Source of the DNA: Candidatus Saccharimonadota bacterium
GTDB lineage: Bacteria; Bacteroidota; Bacteroidia; Cytophagales; Amoebophilaceae
DNA length: 32,000 bases
Direction: 5' to 3'
Assembly (NCBI RefSeq): GCF_936981045.1
Contig: NZ_OW441264.1
Span: 450,001-482,000, forward strand
The notes below the pieces were generated by a model that saw only the letters and a list, made by a program, of their open reading frames with translations, was not told the DNA's origin and did no database searches. The translations under genes and the position numbers were made by a program. How positions within the stretch are numbered: position 1 is the first letter of the stretch; the number at the start of each line of letters is the position of its first letter. Below are positions 18,334 to 27,328 of the stretch, one piece after another.

Positions 18334-18590
18334 TAAAAAAGTAGCCAAAAAATCAAGCTCTCATACAAAAAGTTGCTGTAAGTGTACCCTTGATGGAAAA
18401 TCAGCATCCACCCTACAGACCGAACTAAACTGATTTTCTAATCAGCTTTAAGCATACCTTTTCTATTCGCAACTTTTTACAAGGAGACGTTTGTTATTTC
18501 GTAACATTTCCATGCTGCTGAATGGATACTGAAAAAGAGTTGCATAGATATCATAGATCGATTAAAATGCACAAATGAATAAGGATACTC
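18334..18590 (+). repeat. Intergenic repeat R, copy R2
   Basis: Begins AAAAAGTAGCCAAAAAATCAAGCTC immediately after the lnt stop. It aligns by eye with the R1 body, lacks the 5' hairpin arm, and extends ~55 nt further at the 3' side. Confidence 0.65.
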
Positions 18591-18595
18591 TATCA

Positions 18596-18836
18596 ACGTG
18601 AGTTCGGGATTAGATTATTTTTTCATTTGATAATCAATATCAATGAAAATTTATAAAATTTGTTTTATTAGACAGTTAAATAGGTAGTTGAATAACAAAT
18701 AATTCTGGTAATCAGTTTATTATATATATTATATTTATAAAATTAGATATAAAAACTTATTAAATAGGTGCAAATATTAACTAAATAATTGATATTAAAT
18801 TGTTGTAAATCAGTAAAATAAATCCAGAACTCACGT
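18596..18836 (-). mobile_element. MITE copy
   Basis: Perfect 5-bp target duplication TATCA at 18591-18595 and 18837-18841. One TIR is mutated (AATCCAGAACTCACGT). Confidence 0.9.
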
Positions 18837-18954
18837 TATCAAGTTAAAATAAAATATTTTATTAAGGCCACCTTGTGCTTGCTCTATTTTTAGAGTAGAT
18901 TTGTAGGTGGGTAACTATAAAGTACCCATTGTAAATTACAAACTAAAAAAGTGT

Positions 18955-19149
18955 ATGATTGTTGTAGAAATAAAAGACAACGAAGGCGTGGATAGAGCGC
19001 TAAAAAGATTTAAAAAGAAAGTAGAGCGTGTAGGTATACTAAAAGAAGCCAGGAAGCGTATGGCTTATACGAAACCGACGGTGCGTAGAAAAGTTCAAAA
19101 GTTGAAAGCAATGTATAAATATCGGATGCTATATGGCAATAATGGGTAG
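18955..19149 (+). CDS. rpsU: 30S ribosomal protein S21
   Basis: MIVVEIKDNEGVDRALKRFKKKVERVGILKEARKRMAYTKPTVRRK... matches the S21 pattern. ATG at 18955 lies inside track ORF 18907-19149. TAG stop. Confidence 0.85.
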   Translation: MIVVEIKDNEGVDRALKRFKKKVERVGILKEARKRMAYTKPTVRRKVQKLKAMYKYRMLYGNNG

Positions 19150-19176
19150 AGATAGCAACTGGTTTTGCTTGCAGTT

Positions 19177-19220
19177 CTGTTCAGGCAATGGTGTCAACTT
19201 AAGGAAAATATGAGTAATGG
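19177..19220 (+). repeat. Solo IS4-like terminal repeat
   Basis: CTGTTCAGGCAATGGTGTCAACTTAAGGAAAATATGAGTAATGG matches the left end of the IS4-like element (29556-29598) and the end at 12745. No transposase follows; R4 follows instead. Confidence 0.7.
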
Positions 19221-19452
19221 CTACAAGGCATAGCATAAGGTGAAAGGCAAAACAGTATCCTTACAGCCACTGAGTAATGTTGTGCAAACCGCCCCTTGTA
19301 ATAAAGCTGCGATCAGAAAGTGCACCTTACAGCTGAACAGAAAAATAGCCTATGTGAAGCCCGCGTAGCGGTCAAGTTCTGTTTTTCCCAGTGTGCTTTC
19401 AGCAGCCTTTTACGCAAGGCTTGATTTTTTGGTTACTTTCTTATCAAGAAAA
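19221..19452 (-). repeat. Intergenic repeat R, copy R4 (inverted)
   Basis: Its reverse complement aligns with R1 over ~200 bp (AGAAAGTAACCAAAAAATCAAGCC...GCACACTGGGAAAAACAGAA...TTTTTCTGTTCAGCTGTAAGGTGCACTTTCT...TTACAAGGGGCGG...GGATACTGTTTTGCC). Confidence 0.7.
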
Positions 19453-19472
19453 AAGTGGCATACAAATTTCTT

Positions 19473-20376
19473 ATGGACAATCAATCATTCCTTGCTCTTT
19501 TTGAGGCCTATTTAACGTCAGAAAGAAGAGCCAGTCCACATACCGTTGTAGCCTATAAGACAGATTTACATCAATTTGTAGACTATCTGTCCGGGCTGGC
19601 CCCTGCAAAAATAGTGACGGAGGTGACCGCACAGGATCTACGCGGTTGGATGATGGCTTTAGCTAAAATAGCGCTTACCCATCGTTCTATCAATAGAAAA
19701 ATGGCTGCGCTACGTATCTTCTATGCTTTTTTACAAAAAAGAGCATTTATGATGGGTCATCCTACGGATGCACTTAAAAGCCTAAAAGGGAAAAAAAGGT
19801 TGCCTATCTTCTTTCAAGAAAAAGAGCTCTTGGCGTGCTTAGACCCATATCTATTTCCGGTTAACTTTTCTGGGTTGCGTGATCAGTTAATTTTAGAGTT
19901 GCTATATGGGACAGGTATGCGCTTAGCTGAACTTATAGCGCTTTGCCAAACAGATATCAATCTTGCAGATGGAACTGTTAAAGTAGTAGGGAAGCGTGAT
20001 AAAGCGCGTATCATTCCTTTCCCAAGGCCATTAAAGCAGTCAATAGCCGCTTATTTGCTGGAAAAAGAAAAATTAGGTTATCACCTTACTCCCCCACTCA
20101 TCGTAACCGATGCTGGAAGACCCTGTTATCCTATGTTTATTTATCGAGTCCAAGAAGTATTTCGCATCCACTACGCGTGCCAGTCAGCATAGCCCGCATA
20201 TATTACGCCATACCTTTGCCACACACTTGTTGGATAGAGGAGCTGACTTACAGGCTATTAAAGAATTATTAGGTCATGCAAGTTTGGCAGCTACCCAAGT
20301 TTATACCCATAATTCTTTAACTAGATTAAAAGAAGTATTCCAAAAAGCCCACCCTAGGGCAGAAGAAGGCGTATAA
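19473..20376 (+). pseudogene. XerC/XerD-like tyrosine recombinase with a +1 frameshift near 20151
   Basis: Track ORFs 19455-20192 (frame 0) and 20110-20376 (frame 1) together give a complete recombinase: N-terminal SAM-like domain, then ...PMFIYRV | KKYFAS...[33 protein letters not shown]. The frame changes at GTC C AAG, which is not a homopolymer. Confidence 0.8.
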
Positions 20377-20502
20377 AATAAGGTTGCCTTTAGGGATAGG
20401 GCCTAAAGTTTTGTAGATTACACCTAAAATATATTGGTCAAGTTATTTGTGCGTTTTGTATTAAATTTAATCAACTGTTTAGTTACGCGATTATAGAAGC
20501 TT

Positions 20503-21714
20503 ATGCTCGTTTTATATGCTTTAAGAGAGGCCTATCAGAACCTTAAAACCCATGCATCTCGAACCCTTGCTATGAGTTTTGGTGTATTGTGGGCTATTTT
20601 TGTGCTGGTATTGCTGTTAGGTATTGGAAATGGGTTTCACAATGGTGTTTCCGAAGCATTTGCAAAGTACGGCGCAAAAACCATGATTATTTGGGGAGGT
20701 AGAAGTGCTGGTGGCCATCACCCTATTCCACTAGGAATGGCTGCAAACTTATCTGATCCATTTAGTGCTATTCAACATGTTAGTCCTATATTACGGCATA
20801 ACAGCCCGGTAAGGTATGCAACTAAAAAGGTCACTGTATCGATTTTGGGATGTGATCCTTGCTATGCCTTATTAACCCATTTACCCATACAGGAAGGACG
20901 TTTTTTTACAGCACGTGATAAAGTAGCAGTAAATAATATTTGTGTCGTGGGTATAAACATCAAGGAAAAATTATTTGGGGAAGCCTCTGCTATTGGGCAA
21001 TATATTTTTTTGGGAGATAGTGGCCTGCAAGTAGTGGGTGTATTAGATAGAGATGTTAATTTCTATAACGAACCTAATGCTATATTGCTTACAAATGGTT
21101 TGTTTAAACAATTATTTCCTAAGCGTAGTGATTATGTAGATTCTATTCGCCTTACACTGCTGCCAACTGTTCGTGAGGAAGTGGTGGAAGCACAATTCCG
21201 TTCTTATTTTGCGCGCCACTTAAATTTTGATGTTAAAGATACAAAAGGGCTTGGTCTATTTAGTCTTGCCAAACATGCTGCTCAATTTGATAATTTTTTT
21301 AAAAATATATCTATTTTTAATACCATTATAGGCATATGTCTACTCATAACAGGTATGGTAGGTATTAGCAATATGATGCTAGTGACCATTCAAGAAAGAA
21401 TACAAGAAATGGCGATTAGAAAAGTATTGGGGAGTCGTTCTATAGAAATTGTAGCCATGATTTTATGTGAAGTAGCTATAGTAACCCTTGTGGCGGGCAT
21501 TATTGGCTTTACAGCAGGCTTTTCCCTTATGCAATTGTTAAATACATGGGTAGTCCCATTATGCAAGGCCTATCATCTATCTAATTTAACCTGTCCCCCT
21601 TCGTTTATCTTTGGTGGAATGGGACTGATCGCTTTAACCAGCTGTTTGGCTGGGATTATACCGGCTATCAGGGCTGTACACATAAAGCCTGTGGAGGCAT
21701 TGGGTAGTAAGTAA
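20503..21714 (+). CDS. MacB-type ABC transporter permease (MacB periplasmic core + FtsX domain), no ATPase domain
   Basis: 403 aa with an N-terminal TM segment, a large periplasmic domain, and a C-terminal FtsX-type 3-TM bundle ending ...AGIIPAIRAVHIKPVEAL. Confidence 0.85.
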   Translation: MLVLYALREAYQNLKTHASRTLAMSFGVLWAIFVLVLLLGIGNGFHNGVSEAFAKYGAKTMIIWGGRSAGGHHPIPLGMAANLSDPFSAIQHVSPILRHNSPVRYATKKVTVSILGCDPCYALLTHLPIQEGRFFTARDKVAVNNICVVGINIKEKLFGEASAIGQYIFLGDSGLQVVGVLDRDVNFYNEPNAILLTNGLFKQLFPKRSDYVDSIRLTLLPTVREEVVEAQFRSYFARHLNFDVKDTKGLGLFSLAKHAAQFDNFFKNISIFNTIIGICLLITGMVGISNMMLVTIQERIQEMAIRKVLGSRSIEIVAMILCEVAIVTLVAGIIGFTAGFSLMQLLNTWVVPLCKAYHLSNLTCPPSFIFGGMGLIALTSCLAGIIPAIRAVHIKPVEALGSK

Positions 21715-21784
21715 TAGAATCGAGTTACTTGGTTTCGTATGATAGGGCCTTTATGCTAGGTAAACCTATTGTATATATACATAT

Positions 21785-22990
21785 ATGTTTGGATATCAGT
21801 GGTTTTTAGAAGTTTTTTGTAGCTTAAAAGCGCATAGAATCAGGACGGTTTTTACCGGCTTTGGCGTGATGTGGGCGATGCTGATCTTGCTGCTTTTACA
21901 AGGGGCGGGTGCTGGGTTCTATAATGGTATGGTTAAAAGATTTCAAAGTTATAGCAACCGTTTTATGTCCATTCATGCAGGTTACAGGTCGACTGGTACG
22001 GTGCACTTGACAGAAACACTGACAGAGGATCTTGCTAGGAATTTGAATGCGTTTGAACAAATTATGCCTGTGTTTCGAACCGATCGTTCCGTTGCTTATG
22101 CGCAAGTCGTACATAAAAGCAGTATACTAGGCGTGCGTGTTGGGTATAGAAAGATCAAACATTTGGAACTTGTAGAGGGCCGTTTTTTCACTGAACGTGA
22201 TGTAGCACAAAAGCTGCCGGTTTGTATACTAGGCTTGAAAACGAAAACCGCTCTTTTTGATAAGCAATCAGCAGTTGGCCAGCCCATCACAGTAGATGGC
22301 ACTGTGGTTGGTGTGATTGGTGTATTAGAAGCAACCGATGGGATGGATGATGATACAATCATTATTTCAAGCAGTTTATTCAAAGCATTGTTTCCCCAAA
22401 ATGTTGAAAGGGTTGATACCATAATGGCCACCCTAACACCCAACCAAAACCCTATACAGGTAGCAAAAAAGGCTCGGGCCTATTTAGCCAGGTGTCTCAA
22501 TTTTGAGCGGCAAGATACACAGGCATTGCAGATCAATAGTTCATCTAAACGCGCTAGACCTTTTCAAATACTGTTTAGGGTGATGCAGGGGTTTATTTGG
22601 TTGGTCAGTCTCTGTTTTTTGGTTAGTGGCGTGGTTGGTGTAGGTAATATGATGCTAGTTGTGGTGAAGGAGCGTAGACAAGAACTGGCGATTCGTAAGG
22701 TGGTCGGTGCTACATCAGGCCATATTATGGGTTTAATTTTACTGGAATCGATTGTCATTAATTTGATTTCTGGTATCTTAGGTCTGGGCATTGGCATCAG
22801 TATGCTCCAATGGATGAATAGCTATCTGCTTCCTATTATTGAAAAGCATGGTATCGCTCGTTTTGAATTCCAATTTCCTATGGTGGTATATGCCTTAGTC
22901 TTTTTGGTGCTGTCTGGTTGTTTAGCAGGCATTATCCCTGCAAAAAGGGCATTGTGTATTAAACCAGTAGATGCTTTAAATAATGAATAA
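21785..22990 (+). CDS. MacB-type ABC transporter permease, second paralog
   Basis: 401 aa with the same architecture, ending ...AGIIPAKRALCIKPVDAL. Confidence 0.85.
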   Translation: MFGYQWFLEVFCSLKAHRIRTVFTGFGVMWAMLILLLLQGAGAGFYNGMVKRFQSYSNRFMSIHAGYRSTGTVHLTETLTEDLARNLNAFEQIMPVFRTDRSVAYAQVVHKSSILGVRVGYRKIKHLELVEGRFFTERDVAQKLPVCILGLKTKTALFDKQSAVGQPITVDGTVVGVIGVLEATDGMDDDTIIISSSLFKALFPQNVERVDTIMATLTPNQNPIQVAKKARAYLARCLNFERQDTQALQINSSSKRARPFQILFRVMQGFIWLVSLCFLVSGVVGVGNMMLVVVKERRQELAIRKVVGATSGHIMGLILLESIVINLISGILGLGIGISMLQWMNSYLLPIIEKHGIARFEFQFPMVVYALVFLVLSGCLAGIIPAKRALCIKPVDALNNE

Positions 22991-22992
22991 AA

Positions 22993-24114
22993 ATGCGTAC
23001 AATAGCCAAATTTATTTTAACCACTGGTATAATCACTGGAGGCGTTTTTACTTATTCCAAAGTATATAAAGCACAATGGGGCAGGCTAGACGCGCTAGCC
23101 TTTTGGAAGAAGTTAGATCAAGTAAACGTTCCAACCACGGTGCCCACTCGTAGGACTATTCTTCGAAAAAAAGTTTTTTCTGGTAGCCTAATACCCCATA
23201 AAGAAATTAAATTAGCAGCCCATGTTACGGGCATTGTAGATAAATTATTCGTGTGTCTAGGTGATTATGTACAACAAGGCGCAGTGATTGCCCGTATTAA
23301 AATACAGCCTAATCCGAAAGAGGTTGCGGCTGCAGAAAGCGAGTTACGTTTGGCCGCTATTGACCTTAGTCAAGCCAGAGCCAAATATTTAAGAAACAAA
23401 CAACTGTTTAGTAAAAAGATGCTGGCTAAGGAAGCCTATGAAACTTCTTTAGCGGTCTTGGAGCAAACCAAAGAAAAATGCTCTGCAGCCCAGAAGAAGT
23501 TGGAACTCAGTAAGCATGGCTATACTACAGAAAAAGGAGCAGGTGTCAACATTGTTAAAGCCACTACAAAAGGGACTATCTTAGACTTACCTGTTAGGGA
23601 GGGCAGTATGGTGCAGGCAGTTAGTGAAAAAGCTTCTGGCACCACAGTGGCCCTTATTGGGGATATGGATCATTTTTTGTTTTCAGCTAAGGTAAGTGAA
23701 CTAGATGTGGTCCATTTAACCAAAGGGATGACCTTTACGGCCTCATTAAATGCTTTGAGTGGCGAAAAACTGCAAGTCACTTTAACTAAAATTTCACCAA
23801 AAGCCAGTGAAGAGGAATTAAAAAAAGGAGAAATTAAATTTGCAATAGAAGGAATTATACAAAAACCGAAAAAAACCAAGGTTATTTTACGTGCAGGTTA
23901 TGTAGCGCTTGCAGAGATCATTCTAGAGCAAGTAAAGGATGTGTTGGCTGTTCCAGAAAGCATGATTCAAATGAAAGGAACAACCTATTTCGTAAAATGT
24001 TTACATGAAGGTAAAGTTGTTCAAAAAAAGGTGGCATTAGGGCTATCAGATGGTATGTATGTCGAGGTAAAAGAAGGTCTTACAGAAGCGGACCACTTAA
24101 TTGTAGAAACGTAG
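22993..24114 (+). CDS. Periplasmic adaptor (membrane fusion protein, HlyD/MacA family)
   Basis: 373 aa with an N-terminal TM segment, a lipoyl-like segment (GDYVQQGAVIARI) and a coiled-coil hairpin. It starts 3 nt after the preceding stop. Confidence 0.85.
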   Translation: MRTIAKFILTTGIITGGVFTYSKVYKAQWGRLDALAFWKKLDQVNVPTTVPTRRTILRKKVFSGSLIPHKEIKLAAHVTGIVDKLFVCLGDYVQQGAVIARIKIQPNPKEVAAAESELRLAAIDLSQARAKYLRNKQLFSKKMLAKEAYETSLAVLEQTKEKCSAAQKKLELSKHGYTTEKGAGVNIVKATTKGTILDLPVREGSMVQAVSEKASGTTVALIGDMDHFLFSAKVSELDVVHLTKGMTFTASLNALSGEKLQVTLTKISPKASEEELKKGEIKFAIEGIIQKPKKTKVILRAGYVALAEIILEQVKDVLAVPESMIQMKGTTYFVKCLHEGKVVQKKVALGLSDGMYVEVKEGLTEADHLIVET

Positions 24115-24115
24115 C

Positions 24116-24775
24116 ATGATTCAGATTCAGGACTTATATAAATCCTATCAAAACGGAACGATCACTAGAGCAGTACTTAGAGGGATAAATTTTCACCTTG
24201 AAAAGGGGGACCTGGTTGCCTTAATGGGGCAATCTGGTGCTGGAAAGTCTACGTTGTTGAATATAATTGGTCTATTGGATGATTATGACCATGGGGATTA
24301 TTACCTTAATGGTGTGCATATGAAAAATCTTTCTAGCCAAGAAGCCAGTAGGTATAGGAATCAGTTAATTGGGTTTGTCTTTCAGCGGTTTCATTTAATT
24401 CCGTTCAAAACGGCTTTAGAGAATGTAGCCCTGCCCCTCTATTACCAAGGTGTAGAAAGAGAAGAGCGCTGCAAACGTGCCTGGGCCATGCTTGATAAAG
24501 TTGGGTTATCTGCGCATGCCGATCATAGACCGAATGTCCTTTCAGGGGGGCAACAACAGAGAGTGGCTATTGCACGTGCGTTGGTAACCGCTCCCCCCTT
24601 AATCTTAGCAGATGAACCAACAGGGTCCTTAGATAGCAGTACTGCGCATGAAATCATTGCCCTGCTTAAGGAAATGAATAGAGAGGGGAATACGGTTCTT
24701 ATTGTAACACATTCTATTCAGGTAGCACGGCAATGCAATAGTATTCAAGAAATTGTAGATGGGAAAATTGTTTAA
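24116..24775 (+). CDS. ABC transporter ATP-binding protein (MacB/LolD-type)
   Basis: Walker A GQSGAGKST, signature LSGGQQQRVAIARAL, Walker B LILADEPT and H-loop VTHS. It starts 2 nt after the adaptor stop. Confidence 0.9.
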   Translation: MIQIQDLYKSYQNGTITRAVLRGINFHLEKGDLVALMGQSGAGKSTLLNIIGLLDDYDHGDYYLNGVHMKNLSSQEASRYRNQLIGFVFQRFHLIPFKTALENVALPLYYQGVEREERCKRAWAMLDKVGLSAHADHRPNVLSGGQQQRVAIARALVTAPPLILADEPTGSLDSSTAHEIIALLKEMNREGNTVLIVTHSIQVARQCNSIQEIVDGKIV

Positions 24776-24792
24776 TAAAAATTTTATTAAAG

Positions 24793-26145
24793 ATGTTAAT
24801 GATTAAAAAATTGGTTTTACGCTTAAGCATAATGTGTAGCATCATACTTTTAGCCCATAACACAACACAGGCGAACAAGAAACCGATAAGTTTGCAAGAA
24901 GCTATAGATATTGCCCTAAAAGATAATTTTAATATTCAGATCGCTGGAAATACTAAAAAGCAAGCCATTCTTTGTAACAGAATAGATAATTTCTGCATGT
25001 GGACGCCTCGGGCTACCTTCATGCTTTCTCACGAAAACATCTGGAGATCAGGTTCTAAAGTGTATCCTCAGGGAAATAGCTCTGAAACAGGCACGATACG
25101 ATGGTATATTCGATCCGCACCTGTTTTTGCATTCGCATGGGAACTCTCATCATTATTTGATAAAATTTTCCAGACTAAAATTCGTTGTCAAAATAATTTT
25201 GTGCATAAACTGGTTGCAAAAAAATCAATAGAAAAAGAATTACAGCAAGTAGTTACTGCTTATTATGAACTGGCATTGGCACAAAAAAAATGGGAATTAT
25301 CCAATAACCTTATTAAGCTTGCTACTGCTAGGTTAAAGGTAGAGGAGGAGAAATTAAGAGTAGGATGCATCTCCAAAATAGATTGTTTGGATGCTCAGCT
25401 GGCGCTGAAGCAGGTAAGATTAAGCTTATTAGAGCGGCGGGAAGCTTTGACAGGGAAGCGCCGAAATTTAAATTTAATACTTGGTAAACTCCTCCATGAA
25501 GAAACATTGGTACAGTCAGATATATCTGTGCAACCTATATGGGATATTAAAGCGGTTACAACAGAAAAAGTGGTTGATTTGGAAACAGCTATACAAGAGA
25601 AGAAAGTAGCCATAGCAGCAACCGAGTTAAGTAGAGCTAAATCCTATCTGCTTTCTTGTTTAAACCTATCGGGTAGTTTTCACTCGAATAGTTATTTCTA
25701 TGATTTAGCAGATGCAGCATTCTATCTTGATGATAAGAAGCCTAGTAGATGGTTGGGGCGCATTGGGATTAGTATGGATATAGTGACCTTGCTACTAATG
25801 CCTGCAAAGATTAAAAAAGCAAAGATCGCATTAAATAATGCAAGCTTTGCGTTACAACAACAAAAGTTAGCTGTAGAGGGTGGTTTAAAAGATAAAAAAT
25901 GGAACTATCGCCATGCTTTAGATGCACATAAAGTAGTAGCAGAACAACTGAAAATAAGTAAACAAAAATTGGTTTTTATAAGAGAAAAGTATCGCCTAAG
26001 GCAAGTAAAATTACTTGAATTACATGAAGCAGAAGAAGCTACTCAAAAAGCAGAAATCGCTTTGGTCGAACACGCTTTTAAGGTAAAACAAGCAGAATTT
26101 GATCTCTATCGACTGATTGTTATGTTTCACCAGAAGCTATATTAG
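24793..26145 (+). CDS. TolC-family outer-membrane efflux protein
   Basis: 450 aa with a signal-like N-terminus, ISLQEAIDIALKDNFNIQIA, and two coiled-coil repeats. TAG stop. Confidence 0.8.
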   Translation: MLMIKKLVLRLSIMCSIILLAHNTTQANKKPISLQEAIDIALKDNFNIQIAGNTKKQAILCNRIDNFCMWTPRATFMLSHENIWRSGSKVYPQGNSSETGTIRWYIRSAPVFAFAWELSSLFDKIFQTKIRCQNNFVHKLVAKKSIEKELQQVVTAYYELALAQKKWELSNNLIKLATARLKVEEEKLRVGCISKIDCLDAQLALKQVRLSLLERREALTGKRRNLNLILGKLLHEETLVQSDISVQPIWDIKAVTTEKVVDLETAIQEKKVAIAATELSRAKSYLLSCLNLSGSFHSNSYFYDLADAAFYLDDKKPSRWLGRIGISMDIVTLLLMPAKIKKAKIALNNASFALQQQKLAVEGGLKDKKWNYRHALDAHKVVAEQLKISKQKLVFIREKYRLRQVKLLELHEAEEATQKAEIALVEHAFKVKQAEFDLYRLIVMFHQKLY

Positions 26146-26324
26146 GAAAAGGAATGTACATGCTACTTTTTGCTTGATCAAAAAGTAACCAAAAAGTAAA
26201 GCTCTAACGTAAAAAGTTGCTGAAATCTCTCCTTACAGCTGGAAACAGAGAAGCCGCGCTGTGGCCTCCGTTAAACTGAGAGCGCTGTGATAGGTCGATA
26301 GTATAGTCTTGCTATTTTTCTAGC
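26146..26324 (+). repeat. Intergenic repeat R, copy R3 (3' part cut by IS982)
   Basis: GGAAAAGGAATGTACATGCTACTTTTTGCTTGATCAAAAAGTAACC (hairpin 26162-26189), then AAAGCTCT...AAAAGTTGCTG...AGAAGCCGCGCTGTGGCCTCCGTTAAACTG, which aligns with R1. Confidence 0.65.
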
Positions 26325-26325
26325 A

Positions 26326-27327
26326 ACCTGAGTTCGGGATTAGCTTGTTAAAAAATAGCTTTAAAAAGCTTCTTTGTGTTTTAAATTTGGAGATAAAAAA
26401 ATACTAACCAGATTATCCAAAGGAGCCAGTTATGAATGTAGAAAAATTAGTTGAAATATATTATGCTGTTGATGAATTTCTCATAAAGTTTATGCCGTAT
26501 ATGGAAAAACAACTGTTAACCAACTCTAAAAGAAAACCCACTAGAACTTATTCATTAACTTTGAGTGAAATAATGACTGTTCTTATTGCCTTTCATGTGA
26601 TTGGTTTTAGAAATTTTAAGTCTTATTATATTCATTTACAGCAATTTCATTCTAGTAAATTTGGAAAATTAGTAAGCTAGAATAGATTTATAGAACTGAT
26701 CCAAAGAACGTTAGTTCCCTTGTACTGTTTTACACAAAGTCTTTCTAAAACAAAAACAGGTTGTTATTTTATGGATGCAACAGCCATCAAGGTTTGCCAT
26801 ATCAAAAGAGCCTATACGCACAGGGTTTTTAAATCGATTGCTACTAAAGGTAAAACCAGCACCGGTTGGTTTTTTGGATTAAAGTTTCACTTGATAGTCA
26901 ATGATTTAGGAGAAATTATGAATTTTCAACTGACCACAGGTAAAACTAATGATAGGCTTCCTGTAGAAAATTTATGTAAACACTTGATGGGTAAAATGTT
27001 TGCCGATAAAGGTTACATAAGCAAAGATTTATTTGAAAAACTGATCGAGAAAGGCGCGGAACTCATTACCCAGATCAGAAAAAATATGAAAAATGCTTTT
27101 ATGCCACTCTGGGATAAACTGATGCTTAGAAAACGATCTATAATTGAAACTATTATAGATCAGCTCAAAAATATTAGCCAGATAGAACATTCCAGGCATA
27201 GAAGCATACCTAATTTTCTAGTCAATTTGATAGCTGGAATTACAGCTTATGGACTAAAAGAGAAAAAACCTTCTATAACTAATATATATATGACTGGTTC
27301 ACAATACGTCTAATCTCGAACTGAGGT
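26326..27327 (+). mobile_element. IS982-family insertion sequence, copy B, full length (~1.0 kb)
   Basis: The termini ACCTGAGTTCGGGATTAG and CTAATCTCGAACTGAGGT form an inverted repeat with 2 mismatches. The right flank is the group II intron RT ORF and the left flank is R3. Confidence 0.85.
26432..27313 (+). pseudogene. IS982-family transposase with in-frame TAG at 26678-26680
   Basis: Track ORFs 26432-26680 and 26720-27313 are in the same frame. The TAG is at the same codon as in copy A (LVS*NRFVEL). Downstream motifs are intact (DATAIKVC, ADKGYIS, IIETIIDQLKNISQIEHSRHRS). Confidence 0.85.
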
Positions 27328-27328
27328 T

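Noticed and set aside
18233-18433. A 66-aa ORF overlaps the lnt 3' end and repeat R2.
   Set aside because: It overlaps lnt in another frame and runs into a non-coding repeat. It has no motif.
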